Shown piece after piece: positions 13,766 through 26,231 of a stretch of 64,000 nt of DNA; within the stretch, counting starts at the first letter, position 1; each line of letters starts with the position of its first letter. Both the position numbers and the translations under genes were made by a program. The notes under the pieces are model-generated. The model did not search any database. It saw only the letters and a program-made list of their open reading frames with translations, and had not been told where the DNA came from. This DNA comes from Callorhinchus milii (Eukaryota), in assembly GCF_018977255.1 (NCBI RefSeq), contig NW_024704742.1, forward strand, positions 66,280,001-66,344,000, in the 5' to 3' direction.

Positions 13766-14112
13766 AATAATAATAATAATCCTTGCATTTGATATAGCAC
13801 CTTACCATGTCTTTGAGACGTCTCAAAGTGCTGTAAAGTGTATATTTTGTGTGCGAAATGCAGCAGACAATTGCGCACATCAGTGCCCCACAAACAGTCG
13901 TGGATTGAGTGACCAAATTATTATTTTTAAAACAATTTTTTGAATGGAAAACAATCCACCAATTGACCCACAACCTGCTTCCTACGTACTGCTGGGTGAA
14001 CAGAGGCGTGTGGAGTAAGAAAATTTGCCAAACGTTTCGCCTTGTCTGGGAATTGAACCCAGGTCCTCTCGTTTGCGAGGCAAGTGCTCTAACCACTGAG
14101 CTACAGGACTCC
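13766..14112 (-). mobile_element. tRNA-derived SINE (long type)
   Basis: Reverse complement of the same head and tail, with the internal segment present. Confidence 0.85.
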
Positions 14113-14526
14113 AAAAAGTACAGAAACCCTCTGCGTGCTTCAGGAAGCGACGCAGCCCGTTCATTTTTTATTCTCAGTTCAAACTTGCAACTTGTACATC
14201 AAAAATAAACAATAACAAACGCTCTTTATGCTGAGCAGATTCAGCCAAGCCTTGGGTGCTTATGTTGCTGTCACTCTGAACAAAAGCTCTGCATTGGGCC
14301 TTAGACCTGCAATACTCTCAACAGTATGAGAAAGTTAAAATGGTGCCTTCAGTCTCCTTTCTGTTAAAAATTACTGGTATCTCCATTAGAAATTCCAAAC
14401 ATCTTTTTTCTCCTTTTTAAATAAAAGCTTCCAGAACTCTGACTCTGAAGGAACACTATTTTTGTTTATTTTTTTGTTTTTGATTTTTGACAAATCTTTC
14501 CTTCAATCCATATTCAATCCAGGATT

Positions 14527-14853
14527 GTGGAGTCCTGTAGCTCAGTGGTTAGAGCACTCGCTTTGCAAGCGAGAGACCTGAGTTCAATTCCAGGCAGCGC
14601 GAAACCTTGGGCAAGTTTCCTTACTCCACATAGAGCCTAATAATAATCTCTCCAAAAACCAAAACAATAATAAATTGGTCATTTTCAATCTACGACTGTT
14701 TGTGGGACATTGCTGTGCGCAATTGGCTGCCGCGTTCGCCCACAAATATACAGTCAATTCACTTTACAGTGTGTTCTGTGAAGCGCTTTGGGACGTCCTC
14801 CCGACGTGAAAAACGCTATATCAAATGTAAGGATTATTATTATTATTATTATT
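14527..14853 (+). mobile_element. tRNA-derived SINE, young subfamily
   Basis: Near-identical to the copies at 40873, 53431 and 60997. Confidence 0.9.
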
Positions 14854-14884
14854 CATGCTCTTTTGCTCTCTTTCTCGCTTTGCA

Positions 14885-15143
14885 CTATTTCCTTGTTTTC
14901 TCTGTCTCGGCACAAAGTTTCTCAAAAGGCTTCTACCATCTCTGGGTCCATCTGATCATCTGACAGGACCAGATGTGCGACTCCGTCATCATCTGAGTAA
15001 CGTTGGAGAACCTCCTCCCTGTCAATCATCTCCTGGTACTTTTCTAGGTAATCTGGGTCTGCTGGTGTGAGGGCAATTCCCCCTGCTGAGTAAAATACTG
15101 GCTCATTCATGTAACAGTTAGAATCGTTTTAAGGCATGTTTCC
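14885..15143 (-). pseudogene. PAIP1: Processed pseudogene fragment of PAIP1 or a PAIP1-like gene (C-terminus)
   Basis: Minus strand reads P*NDSNCYMNEPVFYSAGGIALTPADPDYLEKYQEMIDREE...DDQMDPEMVEAF/EKLCAETEKTRK*. Human PAIP1 as recalled reads PENDPNYFMNEPTFYTSDGVPFTAADPDYQEKYQELLERE...DDEMDPEIEEAYEKFCLESERKRKQ. No introns, in-frame TAA at 15129-15131, +1 frameshift near 14924-14927. Confidence 0.85.
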
Positions 15144-15739
15144 TTAATACCCACCCTTCTATTTACGTAGTAGAAAGTAGGAACCCGGGTGTCAGTCTAT
15201 TGACAGATCACTTTCCGGGGGTAATAATCCCTTCAAAAATAAATAAATAATTGAATCACTCAATCCACGACTGTGCACAATTGGCTGCCGTGTCTCGCCC
15301 ACAAAATACAGTTAATCCACTTGACAATATATTCTATGAAGCGCTTTGAGACATCTCAAACATGTAATGAAGCACTGGATCAAATGCAAGGGTTATTATT
15401 ATTATTTTAAGATCTTCCTCTTCACATGTGCCTTCAGTCATCTTCCCACCCACCCACCTTGGTGCAAACCCTACACTGTCCAGCGCCTTAGGACGTCCTT
15501 CCAACTTGAAATGCACTATATAAATGTAATTTTGTTGTTGTTGTACAGTCTGTGTATATGACAGTATTGTTCTGGGTTACATTTTCCAATCCAATTTTAT
15601 AATGCGCAAATGTCACGATATACCTGGAGAGGCAGGTTTATTTAATCATCAAGATTATTTTATTTCGGCAAATCTGCTAAATCAAGTAACTAAAATATTG
15701 AGTATCATGTGGAGAAAAAAACTCCAGCATAGAGTCCTC

Positions 15740-15820
15740 GTGGAGTCCTGTAGCTTAGCGGTTAGAGCGCTTGCCTCGCAAGCAAGAGGACCTGAGTTTG
15801 ATTCCTGGGCAGAGCGAAAC

Positions 15821-15856
<36 letters not shown>

Positions 15857-16323
15857 CCTTGCATTTGGTGTAGGGCTTTTCACATCTTCTAGATATCGCA
15901 AAGCCCTTCACAGAATATGCTGTAAAGCAAATTGACCGTATATTTGTGGGCAAACGCGGCAGCCAATCGGACACAGTAGTGTCCCACAAACAGTCATGGA
16001 TTGAAAATGACCAATTTATTATTGTTTTTTGTTGGACAAGTTTCCTTACTCCATACCACTCTGTTTACCTAGCAGTAAGTAGGAACCCGGTTGTTAGACG
16101 ATTGTCGGATCGTTTTTTCAGGGGTAATAATCCCTTCAAAAAATAATAATAATAATTTGTTCGTTCAATCCACGACTGTTTTTGGGACACTGCTGTGTCC
16201 AATTGGCTGCTGCATTTCGCCCAAAAATATACACTTTACAGTATATTCTGTGAAATACTTTGAGACGTCTCGAAGATGTGATGAGGCCCTATGTCAAATG
16301 CAAGGATTATTCTTACTATTATT
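15740..16323. mobile_element. SINE (+) interrupted by an inverted, 5'-truncated SINE (15824-16030)
   Basis: The head stops at gcgaaacgtt and resumes at ggacaagtttccttactcc. The insert starts with an (aat)n tail. Confidence 0.8.
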
Positions 16324-17433
16324 ATCCACCTTCTGCTCCCTGTGAGGCCACTGAAATCATTCTGAGATATTTTGTTAGTCAAACTCTGCAGATACTTCAC
16401 ATAATATATACTGATCTATTACAGGTTACAAAGCCACTTGCAACCTTACCCAAATGTGGTTGAAACAACATGTTAGGAGGTTCAGTGTATTTTCTGTCTC
16501 AGTGGGTAACAGCTATATCTCTGAAACAGACAGTTGCGGCTTCAGCCTCCACACTAAATTTTAATCTCATATGCTTGAGCATGACACTGAGGGAGCACTG
16601 CATTGTTGGACGTGGCTCCTTCATCTAAGACGTTAAACCATGATTTCCTGTGCTGGTGGCTACTAAAGATCAAACAGCGCTATGTATTTCAGCCTCACTC
16701 ATTCAGTAATACCCTCGCCTCGATTCAGAAGGTTGTGGGTTAAATTTTGACCTCAGGATTTTGATCTGTGCTGACCCACCATTGCAGTGCTGGGAAGCCA
16801 TCCTTCAGATGAGACACTCCTTGAGGACTCCTTGAGGAGCAAGGCTGTGTAGGGCTTTGAAAGCTCCTCCCTATATTTGTGATCTGCTAACTTCATACTG
16901 CTCCCTCCGCTCCACCATCAGCACTCGGGCCTTCAGCCTTTCTGCTCCCACTTTTAGAACTCCATCACACAGTCCCTTTGCCTCCCTCTCTCCCTTGCCT
17001 TCTTCAAGGCCCATTCTAAACTCTCCTCTTTGATCGAGCCTTCAGCCACCCTCCTACCACTACCCACCCTGCCCTCCACCCCTCCTGATATCAACCCCGA
17101 GCTGGAGTCCAAATCCTTGACTGTCCAGCTCCTTGGGATGTCATCCTAAAGTGAAAGGCGCTGTACAAATGTTGTTGTAATCTTTCTCTGCTTTTCCTCC
17201 AAAGACCTTAATAGTCTAGTTTGTCAACTATGTGTAATGTCATCGCCCTCTCCCTTCACCCTTGCTCAGTGTCCAACCCCGCCATTGTGAAATGCTCCAG
17301 AACACTATCCTACATGAAGGGCATTATACAAATTCAAGTTGTTGTTGTGCTTTTCTGTCTTAAACGCTTCAAATGATTCTTCTACTTTTAGTAGTCCTGG
17401 GTGTCTGTTGATATCATGTTTTTTTTGTAACAG

Positions 17434-17766
17434 AGACGCACGAAGAGTTAAAAATAACCCAACACCCTGTGACAGTAAATGTGTCTGTGGGCGACTCTGC
17501 CACAATGACCTGCTCATGGACTGGCATGCAGATTGACCATGTTAGAGTTACCTGGAAAAAGGACGGCGAGCTGATTATTACAAAGACAAACAAAGATAGT
17601 CCCATTTCACATTCCAGAATGAACTGGGATATGCACAACTCCTCCTTCAATCTTATTATCAATAATGCTGATCTGAATGACTCTGGATGGTATTGTTGCA
17701 TTGTGGATGTGGAAATACCAATACACCATCAAGCTAAAGGAGATGGAACATTCCTACTAGTTTCTG
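17434..17766 (+). CDS. CD28H/TMIGD2-like receptor, exon 2 (VJ-type IgV domain)
   Basis: taacag| acceptor and G|gtaag donor, phase 1-1. Reads ETHEELKITQHPVTVNVSVGDSATMTCSW...VRVTWKKDG...DLNDSGWYCCIVDVEIPIHHQAKGDGTFLLVS. Has the B-strand Cys, C-strand Trp, DSGxYxC and GxGT; RVxWxKDG and VEIP recall TMIGD2. Confidence 0.92.
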
Positions 17767-18342
17767 GTAAGGACCTTCTTTGTATACCTTTAAATAAAGA
17801 GTGTTCAGTATTACGTGTGACTAATTCCAGTGTGTATCTCTATAAGAAAATAAAAAGAAGAATCCTTGCATTTGAGGATGTCAGGAGGACATAATAATAA
17901 TAATCTTTGCATTTGATATGGCACATTATCACGTCGTTGGAACGTCTCAAAGCGCTTCATGGAATATATTGTAAAGTGGATTGACTGTATTTTGTGAGCG
18001 AAACGTCTGAAAATGGCTCATTTGATTCATTGTGAAGTGTAGGTTATTGGGAGTTCAAGCCCCACATTAGGACTCAATCTCACGGTCTAGGCTGATACTC
18101 CATCGCAGCACGAGGGGTGGGGAAGTACTGCATTGGCTGATGTACTGCCCATAGTGCTATACCAAGGTCCTATCTGCCTTTTTTCAAATAGACGTTAGAG
18201 ATTCCGTGGCACTATTCATAATATGGTAATAATCCTTGCATTTGATATAGCACCTTCAGAGAGTGGGGCTGAAAACTACTGACTGATGGTGGGAAGGAGG
18301 CAAGCAGGGAGGATGTAGGGTGAAGCATGAGCATACACAAAT

Positions 18343-18685
18343 AACAACAACAACAACAAGATTCCATTTATAGAGTGCCTTTCACGTCGGGAGGACGTCC
18401 CAAGGCGCTGTATAGTTGGGTCAGGACCCGAGCATTGGGGGGAAATGGTCAGGGTGAGGGGAGGGAAGGGAGGGAGCGAGGAGGGGGTAGAGAGTCGAGA
18501 GGGGAGCTGAAGGCACGGTCAAAGAGAAAGGTCTTGAGACCGGCCTTGAAGGACGAAAGGGAGGAAGCGGCGAAGGCACTGGGAGATAGAGTTCCAGAGC
18601 CTCGGGGCTGAGAGGCTGAAGGCCTGGCCACCGATGGTCGGGGGTTGAGGCGGGGGATGTGGAGCAGACCGGAGCCAGAGGAACA
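18343..18685 (-). mobile_element. L2-clade LINE 3' fragment (a closely similar 3' end lies at 21511-21695)
   Basis: (aac)n tail and L2 3' UTR, near-identical to the 21511 copy. Confidence 0.8.
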
Positions 18686-19141
18686 ACACCTTCATGGAGG
18701 ATAATGCCTTGGATCGCTTTAATGTTATTGATTGGTCATAAGCAGGTCAGGATCGGATATTGAGCAAGGGAAGGCGCAGGTGAGTATAGGTGCAATTGAA
18801 GAGGGCTTTAAGGCGAGCCTTGAAGAGAGATAAAAAGGGGAGGAAATTCCAGCGTTAGGGGGGTATAACGGAAAACTAGGTCACTGATAGTGGTGCGCGG
18901 AGAGAGGGAAGAACATGCAGCAAGCTTAAAAGGTCGTTAAAGATTAGGTCGAGGATCTTGAAGTTAAATCTCTGGGAGGATAAAGCAAAAGGGGATTTTG
19001 GAAAGAGGGTGAGAAAGTCTTTGTAGCCGTAGTGGAGCAAGTGGATGTGCCAGCCAGAGATGCATAGTGAGACAGGCTGAGGGGACAGCTCAATCTCCAG
19101 ATGGCCTACTTATGACGAATCAGTAACATAGACAATTGTTT

Positions 19142-19400
19142 TTGGTCAGCTGGGTGCCTGACACATGCAGAATCCATCACCATGTTTAAGAGTATTCATA
19201 TCTAGCTTTTCATGCATCCCACCTCCACGTGGTAATCCCAGAAATATATTGTTGGAATGGAATGCGCACACTCCCCAGAGGGACGCATCCTGTTTACCTA
19301 ATTCTGGAAAGTATTAGGCGCAGAATGGTAAGAACCAAGGTTTGGGTACCCCAGAGTGGGTGTTGGGGTAACTGCTGGAGTCTAACCAGCTAAAACCACA
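19142..19400 (+). repeat. Unclassified ~300-bp interspersed repeat (other copies at ~815-970, 1215-1295 and 10725-10965 on +; ~1450-1630, 42580-42805 and 59320-59655 on -)
   Basis: Shared blocks catcaccatgcttaagag, catgcatcccac, ggagggacacatcc, acctaattc..gaaagtattagg and gagccaaggcttgggg.ccccagag. Confidence 0.75.
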
Positions 19401-19613
19401 TAGCTGGCCATTGATATTGCTATCTGGCATAGACAACCACAGCTCAGTTTCCACTTTACCATTTGCTTGTGCACTCTGTCTGACTTGTGGAGTTTTTAAT
19501 TGATGTACCATACCTAACTCGTGATTACATTTTCCATCTAATGTCATTTTTTAGCTTGCAAACAACAATAAAAGTTGGTATATGATGTTGCTTACATGTT
19601 TCTTCATTTGCAG

Positions 19614-19643
19614 GTATATTTGGAAATAAAAGTATGATGAAAG
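19614..19643 (+). CDS. Ig receptor exon 3 (10-aa stalk GIFGNKSMMK)
   Basis: tttcttcatttgcag| acceptor and AAG|gtatag donor. 30 nt, phase 1-1, contains an NKS sequon. It can be skipped without a frameshift, so it is less certain. Confidence 0.55.
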
Positions 19644-19914
19644 GTATAGTTACAATTAGTTAGTAAGCTTGTTCTGAGAATCTGTGTGTTTGGTAAAGTA
19701 ATACCACATGCCTGCATAGACCGTATGAGCAGGGGCTGTGAACTGGAACAGATGATGAACAAAATTTTCCACAGGAAACCTTTGATTCAGGTCACTAAAA
19801 TGCTGCTCTGATGTGCACTATGAGCAGAAGCCACCTTCTCATGACAATCTGAAGGCTCGAGAACTTCAACAGATGAGCAGTGCATTTTAGAGTTCATTCT
19901 TTGACTGGCTCATC

Positions 19915-20265
19915 GTAATCCTTGAATTTGATATAGCTCCCTATCATGTCGTTGAGACGTATCAAAGCGCTTCATAGAATATCCTGTAAAGTGAATTGAC
20001 TATATTTTGTGGGCAAAACACGGTGGCCAATTGCGCACAGCAGTGTCCCACAAACAGTCGAGAATTTAGTGATCTAATTATTATATTTTAGAGGATTATT
20101 ACCCCCAGAAAGAGATCTGCCAATCAACTAACAACCGGGTTCCTACTTACAGCTAGGTAAACAAATGTGTGGAGTAAGGAAACTTGCCCAATATTTCGCC
20201 CTGCCGGGAATCGAACCCAGGTCTCTCGCTTGCGAGGCGACTGTTTTAACCAATACACTGCAGGA
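19915..20265 (-). mobile_element. tRNA-derived SINE (long type)
   Basis: Full head-to-tail match on the minus strand. Confidence 0.8.
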
Positions 20266-20976
20266 CACTTTAATTTTTTGTAAACAAATATATTTATTGA
20301 TATGTAAAAAACATATTTCCACTTTAAGAATAACTCCATCCATATCAGAAAAAAGAAATTTTGCAAATACTCTTGTTACCAACCGCAACGGCCAACCATC
20401 CCCGTCCTCTTATTTCCCAAGCAAATGAATACATTTAACAAGATACGCACACTCATAACAAAAAAAGAGGAACTGCAACTTTAATTAGCAATGTGCTGTA
20501 GTTAAAGGGGAAGTGCATGTCTCATAATTACCACCGAATCCTAAAATGTATCAAGGGAGGTAGCTGCACTTTTACTGGTTGGTGAAGTCGAGGGGGCTGG
20601 GGGAGGAAAGACCACACTCACCCTAGAATTACTTCCTACAGAGATGTGTGTGTGTGTGGGGGGGGGGGGGGGGTGAGGGAGGGCGGGGGGGGTGGGGGCG
20701 GTGGTGTCAGTGGAGACAGATTCTATCAGCAAATTCAAGAGGGAATTGGATATTTGGGGAAGAAATTGATTGAGGGTACGATAGATAAAGTATTGCAGGA
20801 TTATTAATTTGTGTCACTTTGCGACCATCCAGATGTACTGCATTGGCCTTTATCGGGTCTGTATATTCCTATGTTCCTATGGTAAAATACTATTAATGTT
20901 CCCGGCAATGTTGGAATAGTGACTCTGGCAGCGAGGTTAGCCTGCCGAGCATTTGTTATAGCCCCTGAAGTAACTA

Positions 20977-21154
20977 CAGTCGAACCTCAATATAACAAAC
21001 CTTTTGCTTGTAACAAACCCCCAGTTTTAATAATCCCAATGTCAAGACCCGATATTTGCACCTCTTTGATAGCGAAATCCTGCTACAGTGAACCCCTTCA
21101 TATAACATCTTTTCTGATGGTCTCTAGTGGATTTGTTATAGTGAGGTTCAATTG
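20977..21154. mobile_element. Tc1/pogo(Tigger)-like MITE
   Basis: TA|CAGTCGAACCTCAATATAACAAA ... TTTGTTATAGTGAGGTTCAATTG|TA terminal inverted repeats with TA target duplication. Confidence 0.8.
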
Positions 21155-22628
21155 TATATTGTTGAAAAAATATTGCAATGTTGCTGTAAAACGGATCCTG
21201 TGACTGCAAATCACCTCAAAACATTTTGCAAAGGTGGAATGGGAGCCTGAGCTAGGAGGGAGATTGATAATAATAAAATAATAAACCTTGCATTTTGATA
21301 TAGCACGTTTCACGTCAGGGGGACGTCTTAAGACGTTTCACAGAATTTACTGGAAAGTGTAATTGTATTGTATAGGTGTACCCAACAGCTGATTTGCTCA
21401 CATCAATGTCCCACCAGCATGCATGAAATGAATGACCAATATTATTTAAGATTGTTAGCCAGGACACCAAGAGTAATTCCCTTTGCTTTTCGAGCAATGC
21501 CATGCAACAGGACAACAACAACAACAAGATTTAATTTATAGAGCGCCTTTCACGTCGAGAGGACGTCCCAAGGCACTGGACAGTTGGGTCAGGACCCGAG
21601 CAGGGGGCAAATGGTCAGGGTGAGGGGAGGGAAGGGAGGGAGCGAGGAGGGGTTAGAGAGTCGAGAGGGGAGCTGAAGGCACGGTTGAAGAGAAGAGGAC
21701 CTTCGTTTAACGTCTCATCCAAAATATTAGGGGGAGGTGGCCATAGGCACAGTTGAAGACAAGTCCTTAAACAGGTTTTGAAAGCAGAGAAGGCGGGCAC
21801 GAAGAGGGTGGGTGAAAGTGACTGAAAGCTCACCTGCCGATGGTAGTACAAAGCAAACTGAGGGTTACGAAGCAGGCCAGAGTTAGACCCCATGGAGTGG
21901 CTAGGGGAGTAGTGTCACAGCAGATTGAGGAAGATTGGTGTAAGGCAGTGGAGGCATATGAAGGTGAGTTCAGGGATATTAAAGTGGTATTTACAGTACA
22001 GATCCATTAAAGCAGAGGAAGACTTATAAGTTAGTAACATATAAACAGTGACGACAGAAGCTTTTTACTATGGGTGTGCGGGAGTGAGAATATCAAGTGA
22101 CCCCCTTCTCCCCCAATGAAATATACAAAGAATCGGTGTAATCGTTTGTTTAATGGCCAAACTGAAATATAGACAATTTGGAAATGGGAAGGAGGGCATA
22201 AACATACTCCTCCACCCAACGTTTTTATTGGTGAGGGCACTAGACTCTCTGCCCCCAGTTCTACCTCCACTGCATATAAATACTTCCCAAAAGAGCTCAC
22301 TTGTGCTAGTTACAAACCAAGTTTAGTTCTGTATTAACTTTAGTTCTGGGCTTTTTTTTTAATTTGAAAATTTCTGTGGGTTTCTGGAATGAACTCTCTG
22401 TGGTCACAGAAGCCAAAGGGTGAGCGAGAAGTGACTTCCTCTGACGTAGTCTGGTGTTGAGCATTAGCTAAATTGGTGCATACCTTATTCACCATTAAAA
22501 ACAAATTAACTGGTCCAAGTCAGCTTGAGACATTATGGCCCATTGAGGCTCATTGACTGTATATGTTGTGGGCGAATCTTAATGGAAAATAAAATAATTT
22601 CAACAACTTTTCTTTTCACTGAATACAG

Positions 22629-22748
22629 ATATCCACCCCGAGTCAAAGATTATTATCTGGTTGCTGGCAGCCCTCTGTCCAATAATGCTGGTCATCATCA
22701 TATCTTTATGCTACTGCTTCAGGCAAGAGCAAAAGCGACAACAGAATG
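22629..22748 (+). CDS. Ig receptor exon 4 (transmembrane)
   Basis: tacag| acceptor and G|gtgagt donor, phase 1-1. DIHPESKIIIWLLAALCPIMLVIIISLCYCFRQEQKRQQN is a hydrophobic helix followed by a basic stop-transfer segment. Confidence 0.85.
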
Positions 22749-24133
22749 GTGAGTCTCTTGATGCTGCTGGGCAGATCTTTGTATTACATTCCTTCAAACA
22801 TTCAGCTGTACATGTCCATTACCCCGACCTTGCCAGGCTCCACTAGCGCCCAGTACCCTGGGGTTCAACTTTAAGATCCTCGTACTGTTTCAGCCTGGAT
22901 CAGTTGGTACCATTCTTGCTTCTGAGTCAGAAGGTTGTGGGTTCAAGCCGCATGTTGGGAATTGGAGCTCATATAGACCAGGCTGGCACTCAAAAACATT
23001 TCTGGGGAAGCGTTGCATTGTCTGAGGTACCATCCTTTGGATGAGATCTGGGACGCTACCCCACATGAAGGGGGCTACATAAATGTAAGTTGTTATTGTT
23101 CAGATGTTAAACCGAGATCCTGTCTGCCTGTCCAGGTGGACATTAAACAATCCCATGATACTATTTGAAAATAGAAAGGAATTTCTCACAGTGACCTAGC
23201 TAAAAATCCCTCAAACAAAATTGATTATTTACTTCCTGGCAGTTTGTGGGGCATTGCCACATGCACAATTAGCTGCCATGTTTTTCCCACAAAATAAAAA
23301 CACACAGTCACCTCAATTTACAATATATCCTGTGAAGGGCTTTGAGACGTCCTCCTGATATGAAAAGTGCTAACCCAAATGTAAGGATTATTATTATGAT
23401 TGTTATTATCATTGTTCAAATCCCTTCATTATCTCTCTCCTCAATCTCCTCCAGTCTCCCACCTGTTCCCTCTACTCTTTTAACTCTGGTCTTCAGCTCA
23501 TCCCTTACTCTCTCTGACCAACCATATGTGGCCAAGCCTTCAGTCACTATGCCCCACATGCCCTCCTGAACACTCTCCGCAAATCCCTTTAGCTTGCTCC
23601 TTTTCTTCTAAACCCTCAAATTTCTTTGAATGTGAATTAAGTCAACACTTTTAAAACCCTCCTCCTGTCCTCCCTGCTCAGTGATCTCCATCATCCTCAT
23701 TTTGAGAAGCTCATCTTCCACAAAAGCCTGTATATAAACAACTACAATAACAAATTCCAATTGTATAGCACCTTTCACATTGAGAGGAGGTCCCATGGTG
23801 CTGGATACTCAAGGATTTGCACCTGAGCTGGGGTTGGGATCAGGAGGGGTGGAGGGCAGGGTGGGTAGAAGGGTGACTGAAGGCATGGACAAAGAGGAGG
23901 GTCTTGAGATGGGCCTTGAAACGGGCAAGGGAGGGGGAGAGGTGAAGGGACTGTGGGATGGAGTTCTAAAGGGTGTGGATGGAAAGGCTGAAGGTCTGAC
24001 CACCGATGGTGAGACGGGGGACATAGCCTGCTAAGTAGAGGGAGTGGAGTGGTCGATATAAGTTCAAATTGTTATTTTTGGAGAAAATGTAATCATACTT
24101 CATCAAGCAAGTTTTTGTTATGATTTCTTTTAG

Positions 24134-24158
24134 GATTGGCACCAAACTTAAGAAGAAG
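24134..24158 (+). CDS. Ig receptor exon 5 (cytoplasmic, GLAPNLRR)
   Basis: tttcttttag| acceptor and AAG|gtaatt donor. 25 nt, phase 1-2, supplying the phase change the next exon needs. Confidence 0.6.
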
Positions 24159-25097
24159 GTAATTATAAATGGACAGTGAAATGAATTGCTTTCCAATACG
24201 CCAAAGCAGCAGAACAAGAAGGAACAGGTCTGGGGTTTGCAAAGGAAAATTTCAGGACAAAAACTAGAAAGTATTTCTTTACCCAGATGGTAATTGACGA
24301 CTGGGACAGGTTGCTAGGAAAAGTGGTCGAGGCCAGAACATAAAACAGCTTGATGCTTTAATGGGAAGATGGCAGGGTCTGTGTTCTGAATGGATGGCTG
24401 AGGCTTCTTCATCCAAAACCTCTTCTTTGATAGCAGATAGTATAGATGGATTTAAGAGGACACTAGACATACACATGGGGAAGAAGAGAATCAAAGAGGG
24501 TAAAGAGAAGGTGAAGACTCAGGGAGTATAAACAGCTTCATGAATGGCGCAGTTAATAATATAATATTAATAATAATCCTTGCATTTGATATAGCTCCTT
24601 ATCACATCTTTGAGACGTGTCAAAGCGCTTCACAGAATATACTGTAAAGTGAATTGACTGTGGTTGGGCCGAATGGCAAGTTTCTGTGCTGTACAATTTA
24701 TGCAAATCTGTGTCATCTTGTAAATTTTTCTTAGGGTAACTTCAGCACTTTACAGAGGGAAGATCAAAAAAAAAGGGAGGAAGATCAAAAAAAAAGGGAG
24801 GTCCATCTGAGAACAGAGAGAAGAGGTGAACTACATCAAAGCAGTTTGGGATTAACTGGGTCAATACTCATGACAGGCAGTTTGGGGGCAGCTTGTTCAA
24901 ACAAGGTTAATGGCAATAATATCCCGTGAGATCCTCAGTAGGTTTATCCAGCACGTTTTTCAGTAAGTTTATCCACTGCTGAAACCTTTGAGAATGGAGT
25001 GAAGATGAGGAGGAGTTGTTGGGAGGGTCTGCCTGCACATCTGAAAAATTATGATTTTTTTTTAAAAAGGAAGAACAACTTTTTTTTGTATCTTTAG

Positions 25098-25156
25098 ATT
25101 GCATTCAAATGCTGCGGAACTCGCTGCATCACATGGGAAACTGCCACAAACAAAAG
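25098..25156 (+). CDS. Ig receptor exon 6 (cytoplasmic, RLHSNAAELAASHGKLPQTK)
   Basis: tatctttag| acceptor and AAG|gtaaaa donor. Phase 2-1, open. Confidence 0.62.
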
Positions 25157-26167
25157 GTAAAAGAGACATTTCTAATGGAAATGTTATACCAAGAAAGGTA
25201 AGTATGGTTAGATAGAAATTTACAGGAGTGGAATACAGACATTTATTTTAGGACTTTCACTAGGCGGGTGGAGGGAGGGGTAAACAGGAGCTTTTTCAGC
25301 CTCTGATAGGACTTTAGTGATGGGATTGAGAAAATAAACCTAGAACAATGTTTTCAGATATGACAAGGCAAAGGGACCAAAATACACAGACTGTGAAGAA
25401 TAGTCATTAGGGCAGACACCAGGAAGTATTTGTTTGCATAGCGGGTAGTTAACAGTTAATGAGTTACCAGGAAGGGTGGTTGTGCCCATGCCACTGGCCT
25501 CCATCTGGGGATACTGCACACTAGCACATAAAAGCACCAAATATAATTCTATGATTCTAGGTGGTGTCAGGTTTCTGTACATGTCAATGAAGTGACTGCC
25601 AGAAACTATTTCCACCTGCTGGCAGGAAGACTCTCCAGTTCATTTCTGTCAACACCAACCTGATCCTAACTCAAAATAAGAATGACAAAAGTTAATAGAA
25701 AGTGCAGGAGAATTTTAAAAAAAATTAGGGGGCTTTGATAGGCATGCACACTTTCAGGAAATTGAATATACCCATTAACATCCACTAGAACTGACAGACA
25801 GTACCTCGGTTTAACATCTCATCTGAAGGACAGCACCCCCAACAATACAGTGTTCCACCAGCACTGTATTGGGATGTCAGCCTAGGCTATGTGAGTTCAA
25901 AGCCCCGAAGTGGGGCTTGAACCCGCAGCCTTCTGCCTCATCGGTCAGAGTGCCATCAATTGAGCCAGGCTGACACCTGAATAATATCAGGATGATAATA
26001 AGTCACGTTTATCAATGTTGAATTGATCTTTACAATTGCAATGAGTTACAGCGGGTATTGAGTTACAGCAGGTATAAAGCTCTGTGGATAAATTTGCGAT
26101 ATGTTACAGATTTCAGTGCCTATTGAGTGGTTACTAATATTAAGTTCATTTCATATTTTTTGAACAG

Positions 26168-26231
26168 CCAATTCTACATTTGAACCCAAGTCTGTAATAA
26201 TTGATACTGTTCAATGCAACAATAGGAAAAG
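26168..26231 (+). CDS. Ig receptor exon 7 (cytoplasmic, ANSTFEPKSVIIDTVQCNNRK)
   Basis: ttttttgaacag| acceptor and AG|gtaaga donor. Phase 1-2, open. Confidence 0.68.

Noticed and set aside
24735..24825. Possible extra cytoplasmic exon of the Ig gene containing a 21-bp tandem duplication
   Set aside because: Entered in phase 2 after exon 5 it hits a stop codon, and the donor is weak. Exons 24134 and 25098 already join in frame. Use as an alternative to exon 5 from the AG at 24755 cannot be excluded.
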